From Squalus acanthias (taxonomy: Eukaryota), in assembly GCA_030390025.1 (NCBI GenBank), contig CM059431.1, positions 128,590,001-128,654,000 of the forward strand: a stretch of DNA of 64,000 nt. Reading direction: 5' to 3'. The notes below the pieces were generated by a model, which was not told where the DNA came from, searched no databases, and worked only from the letters and a program-made list of their open reading frames with translations. Below are positions 60,401 through 64,000 of the stretch, piece after piece. The position numbers were made by a program, and so were the translations under genes. Position 1 is the first letter of the stretch. Every line of letters starts with the position of its first letter.

Positions 60401-62208
60401 ATCCATCCTAGCCAAGTCGCGCCTCATACCATTGTAGTTTCCTTTATTTAAATTCAGGACCCTAGTCTCTGAGTCAACTACTTCACTTTACATCTTAATG
60501 AAGAATTCTATCATATTATGATCACTCCTCCCCAAGGGGCCTCACACAACAAGATTGCTAATTAATCCTTTCTCATTACATAATACCCAGTCTAAGGTGG
60601 CCTGATCTCTAGTTGGTTCCTCGACATATTGGTCCAGGAAACCATCCCGTATACACTCTAGGAATTCCTCCTCCACAGTATTGTTACTAATTTGGTTAGC
60701 CCAATCTATCTGTAGATTAAAGTCACCCATGATAACTGCTGTGCCCTTATTGCATGCGTCTCTAATTTCCCATTTAATGCCATCCCCAACCTCAGCATTA
60801 CTGTTTGGGGGTCTGTATACAACTCCCACTAACATTTTCTGCCCCTTGGTATTTCTCAGCTCTGCCCATACAGATTCCACATCATCAGAGCTAATATCCT
60901 TTCTTTCTATTGTGTTAATCTCCTCTTGAACCAGCAATGCTACCCCACCTCCTTTTCCTTTTTTCCTGTCCTTCCTGAATATTGAATACCCCTGGATGTT
61001 GAATTCCCAGCCTTGGTCACACTGGAGCCATGTCTCCGTAATCCCAATTATATCATATTTGTTTACATCTATTTGTGCAGCTAATTCATCCACCTTATTA
61101 CGAATGCTCCTCGCATTAAGGCACAAAGCCTTTCAGCTTGTTTTTTTCACACTCTTAGACCATTTAGAATTATTGTTTACTGTGGCCATGTTTGATTTAC
61201 ACCCTTGATTTCTCTGACTTCCACTCCACTTTTGCTTTTCTCCTTCCTGTCTTTTTCTTCTATCCTTGCTTCCCTTTCCTCTGTCTCCCTGCACAGGTTC
61301 CCAACCCCCTGCCATTTTAGTTTAAACCCTTCCCAACAGCACTAGCAAACACTCCCCCTAGGACATCGGTCCCGGCCCTGCCCAGGTGCAAACCATCCAG
61401 TTTGTACTGGTCCCACCTCCCCCAGAACCGGTTCCAATGTCCCAGGAATTTGAATCCCTCCCCCTTGCACCATTCTTCTAGCCACATATTCATCTGAAAT
61501 ATCCTTCTATTTCTACTCTGACTTGGACGTGGCACTGGTTGCAGTCCTGAGATTACTACCTTTGAGGTCCTATTTTTTTATTTACATCCTAACTCCCTAT
61601 ATTCAGCTTTTAGGACCTCATCCCATTTTTTACCTGTATCGTTGGTACCTATATGCACCACGACAACTGGCTGTTCACCCTCCCCCTCCAGAATGCCCTG
61701 CAGCCGCTCCGAGACATCCTTGACCCTTGCACCAGGGAGGCAACATACCATCCTGGAGTCTCGTTTGCGGCCGCAGAAACGCCTATCTATTCCCCTTACA
61801 ATAGAATCCCCTATCACTACAGCTCTCCCACTCTTTTTCCTCCAGTCCTGTGCAGCAGAACCACCCATGGTGCCAGGAAGTTGGTTGATGCTGCCTTCCC
61901 CCGATAAGCCATCCCCCTCAACAATATCCAAAGTGGTATATCTGTTTGAGAGGGGGATGGCCACAGGGGACCCCTGCACTACCTGCCTGTGCCTACTATT
62001 CTGCCTGGTGGTCACCCATTCCCTTCCTGCCTGTGCAGCCTTTACCTGCGGTGTGACCAACTCATTAAACGTGATATCCACGACGTCCTCAGCATCGCAA
62101 ATGCTCCAGTATGCATCCATTCGCAGCTGCAGCACCGCAATGCGGTCTGCCAGTAGCTGCAGCTGGATACACTTCCCGCACACATGGTCGTCAGGGACAC
62201 AGGAAGTG
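57467..62208 (-). mobile_element. Near full-length CR1 LINE (ORF1 with zinc-finger-like and SGNH motifs; ORF2 APE-RT) split by a MITE
   Basis: ORF1: HVCGKC, LSNRY, VIGDSIVRGID, CLPGARVKD, HIGTND, DGLHL. ORF2: LNARSIRNK, ITETWL, a 413-aa open stretch, [16 protein letters not shown] tail. Confidence 0.96.
58579..59342. mobile_element. Harbinger-type MITE (764 bp)
   Basis: TIRs GGGGCAGAAATT / GGGCCAGAAATT (rc); flanks ACT and AGT; CpG-rich ends and AT-rich centre; interrupts the CR1 RT. Confidence 0.85.
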
Positions 62209-62990
62209 ATAACATTCTCCAAGGCCTATTTTACCATATCTGGAGAATATCTGATTTGTAGAACCTATTGGAGGAACTTTTGCTGATTTGAACATGGGTT
62301 CAATTAAAGTCGGAGCCCATGTGACTAACTAGGATTGTGCCATTAATCCTATCAAACATGATTGAGCAAACTCTTTGTGAGAAGAAACACGTTTGAGATA
62401 AATTGAAGCTTGAATTGAACTCAATTTAAAAATCAAATTTAACTATACTACCCAAACACTAAAAAAAGTGCTAGTATCTTACTCCTAACCTTAATATGAC
62501 ATTACACAGCTTCAAGCTCTACCCTATCACTGTCAATCTTTTTCTTTTCATACGATCCAAGTGAATTTGAAATAGATGATGAAGTTTTCAAGGTCAGATC
62601 CAGTATCCTTTGATGCTGGTCACCTTGCTGATATTAGTGAAAACTTGAAATCACTGGTGACATTCTTATGATTGGTGTTGTCATTCTTAGACTTTACACC
62701 CGGTGCCCTTGGAATAACAGTTGGTAGATGTTGGTTGGTGACTCAACAGAACCTGGTACCATGTGGACTTTACATGGTAAAAGTACAGAGAGTCGAATGG
62801 CAGACTTATGAATATGCTTGATGATCTTGAAAACACTGACAGCAAGCACATGAAACGTTTATGATTTTTGGCAACATGCAAAACATTTTCAATGTATTTT
62901 CATTTGTTGACTTGTCACATTGGTACCAATTACATAATTAAGGTAACTGCACAATAGTGATCAAAATTAATTAAGCCTAATAATTTACTT

Positions 62991-63324
62991 AGGCCAGTTT
63001 TCAGGTGCTAAGTTGGCGCAGGGAATGATCCCTAAGCATGAAGATTTAGGCCCGATGATCACAAGAAATTGGTCCTTATCGAACTAATAGCATAGGCTGC
63101 TGCAGCACCAAAGAATGTTGAGTGGGGAAGGCCTGATGCCTGCCCTACACATTGCAGACCAATTTAACAGAGGGGGTCTGAAACAGTCATTGGGCCTGAA
63201 ACAGTCATTAGGCCCCTTGTTTACATATGTCCTTGGGGCATATGACATTGGTCCCCAATATTGGGCCTTGTTGTGCCCATTTTACACCTATAAAATGGGC
63301 ACAATGAGTTCTAATTTCTGCCCC
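62991..63324. mobile_element. Decayed Harbinger-type MITE related to the element at 1-226
   Basis: Right end CCCATTTTACACCTATAAAATGGGC..AATTTCTGCCCC; left end approximate. Confidence 0.5.
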
Positions 63325-63774
63325 ATAAAGCTTCCATACTTGATTTATGAGAAAAGGTACAATAAAGAATCATAAACAGTAATAATCAGTGCAGAATTGC
63401 TTCAATGGTAATTCAGACAAAAGGATTGAGTTTTCAGGTTTGTTCTATTGGTGTGGATCCTTGCCTGCTGCTTGTGCAAGAAGTAAAATTGTGGGTGTGC
63501 CCATGATTTTCATCTAAAATGATTCCCAATATGTATATTAAGTAGAATACAGGAAGAGGAGTTGGTCATCCATCTCATTGAGCTGCTCTGCCTTTAGTCA
63601 TGGCTGCTCTTTATCTATTTAATCCCAATCACCTGAACTGTCTCCTTATCCCTTATTATCCAAGGAACATATTATTTTTATCCAAAAACACACTTTAAGT
63701 TTATATCTACTGAACATTATATAACTTCACAACACAAACAATAACCAATATGGCTAAATGTCCCAGATAACAAA

Positions 63775-64000
63775 GGGGTGAAATTCGATAGCACAAAAAA
63801 ACGGGCACGGGCACCCAGCGGTGGGGCTGAAAGAATACAAGATGCCAGTATCCTCATACGTAATCCTCCTTATCACAGCACACTTCCCCCTCATCCCACA
63901 ATCACCTCTGATTTACAAGCTGTGCATGGTGTAAGCATGCACCTCTTGCTTTACCCACCCCCCTCATCATAACCCTACCCTTGTGCCTTCCTCATTTCAA
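63775..64000 (-). mobile_element. Terminus of a Harbinger related to 13082-14180 (continues beyond the window)
   Basis: GGGGTGAAATTCGATAGC..AAAACGGGCACGGG matches the reverse complement of ~14140-14180. Confidence 0.6.

Noticed and set aside
59186..60427. 413-aa ORF as an active reverse transcriptase
   Set aside because: It is part of CR1 ORF2 reading into a MITE. The RT is split by the insertion and has downstream stops and frameshifts.

Overview
This is eukaryotic (vertebrate) non-genic or intronic DNA. The CR1 LINE sequences and the repeat mix suggest a cartilaginous fish, but that is an inference. Most of the window is nested, decayed transposable elements, and no intact host gene is recognisable; there is only one weak candidate exon on the minus strand. 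It contains: (i) about ten CR1 LINE copies, two of them near full length with an SGNH-esterase ORF1; (ii) roughly 15 PIF/Harbinger elements and MITEs with short G-rich TIRs and 3-bp flanks, several carrying a spliced three-exon Myb/SANT plus coiled-coil gene facing a decayed or deleted transposase; (iii) two copies of an EN-RT LINE with no ORF1, where the more complete copy starts with a tRNA-like Pol III head; (iv) two Penelope-like GIY-YIG elements with 12-13 bp TSDs and three minimal hammerhead ribozyme motifs whose stems covary; (v) a 1.72-kb TG..CA solo-LTR-like insert; (vi) a 1.3-kb 18-bp minisatellite and a 372-bp GAG-rich microsatellite grown inside a transposase acidic tail. All coordinates were read by eye. 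Boundaries without a TSD are approximate.
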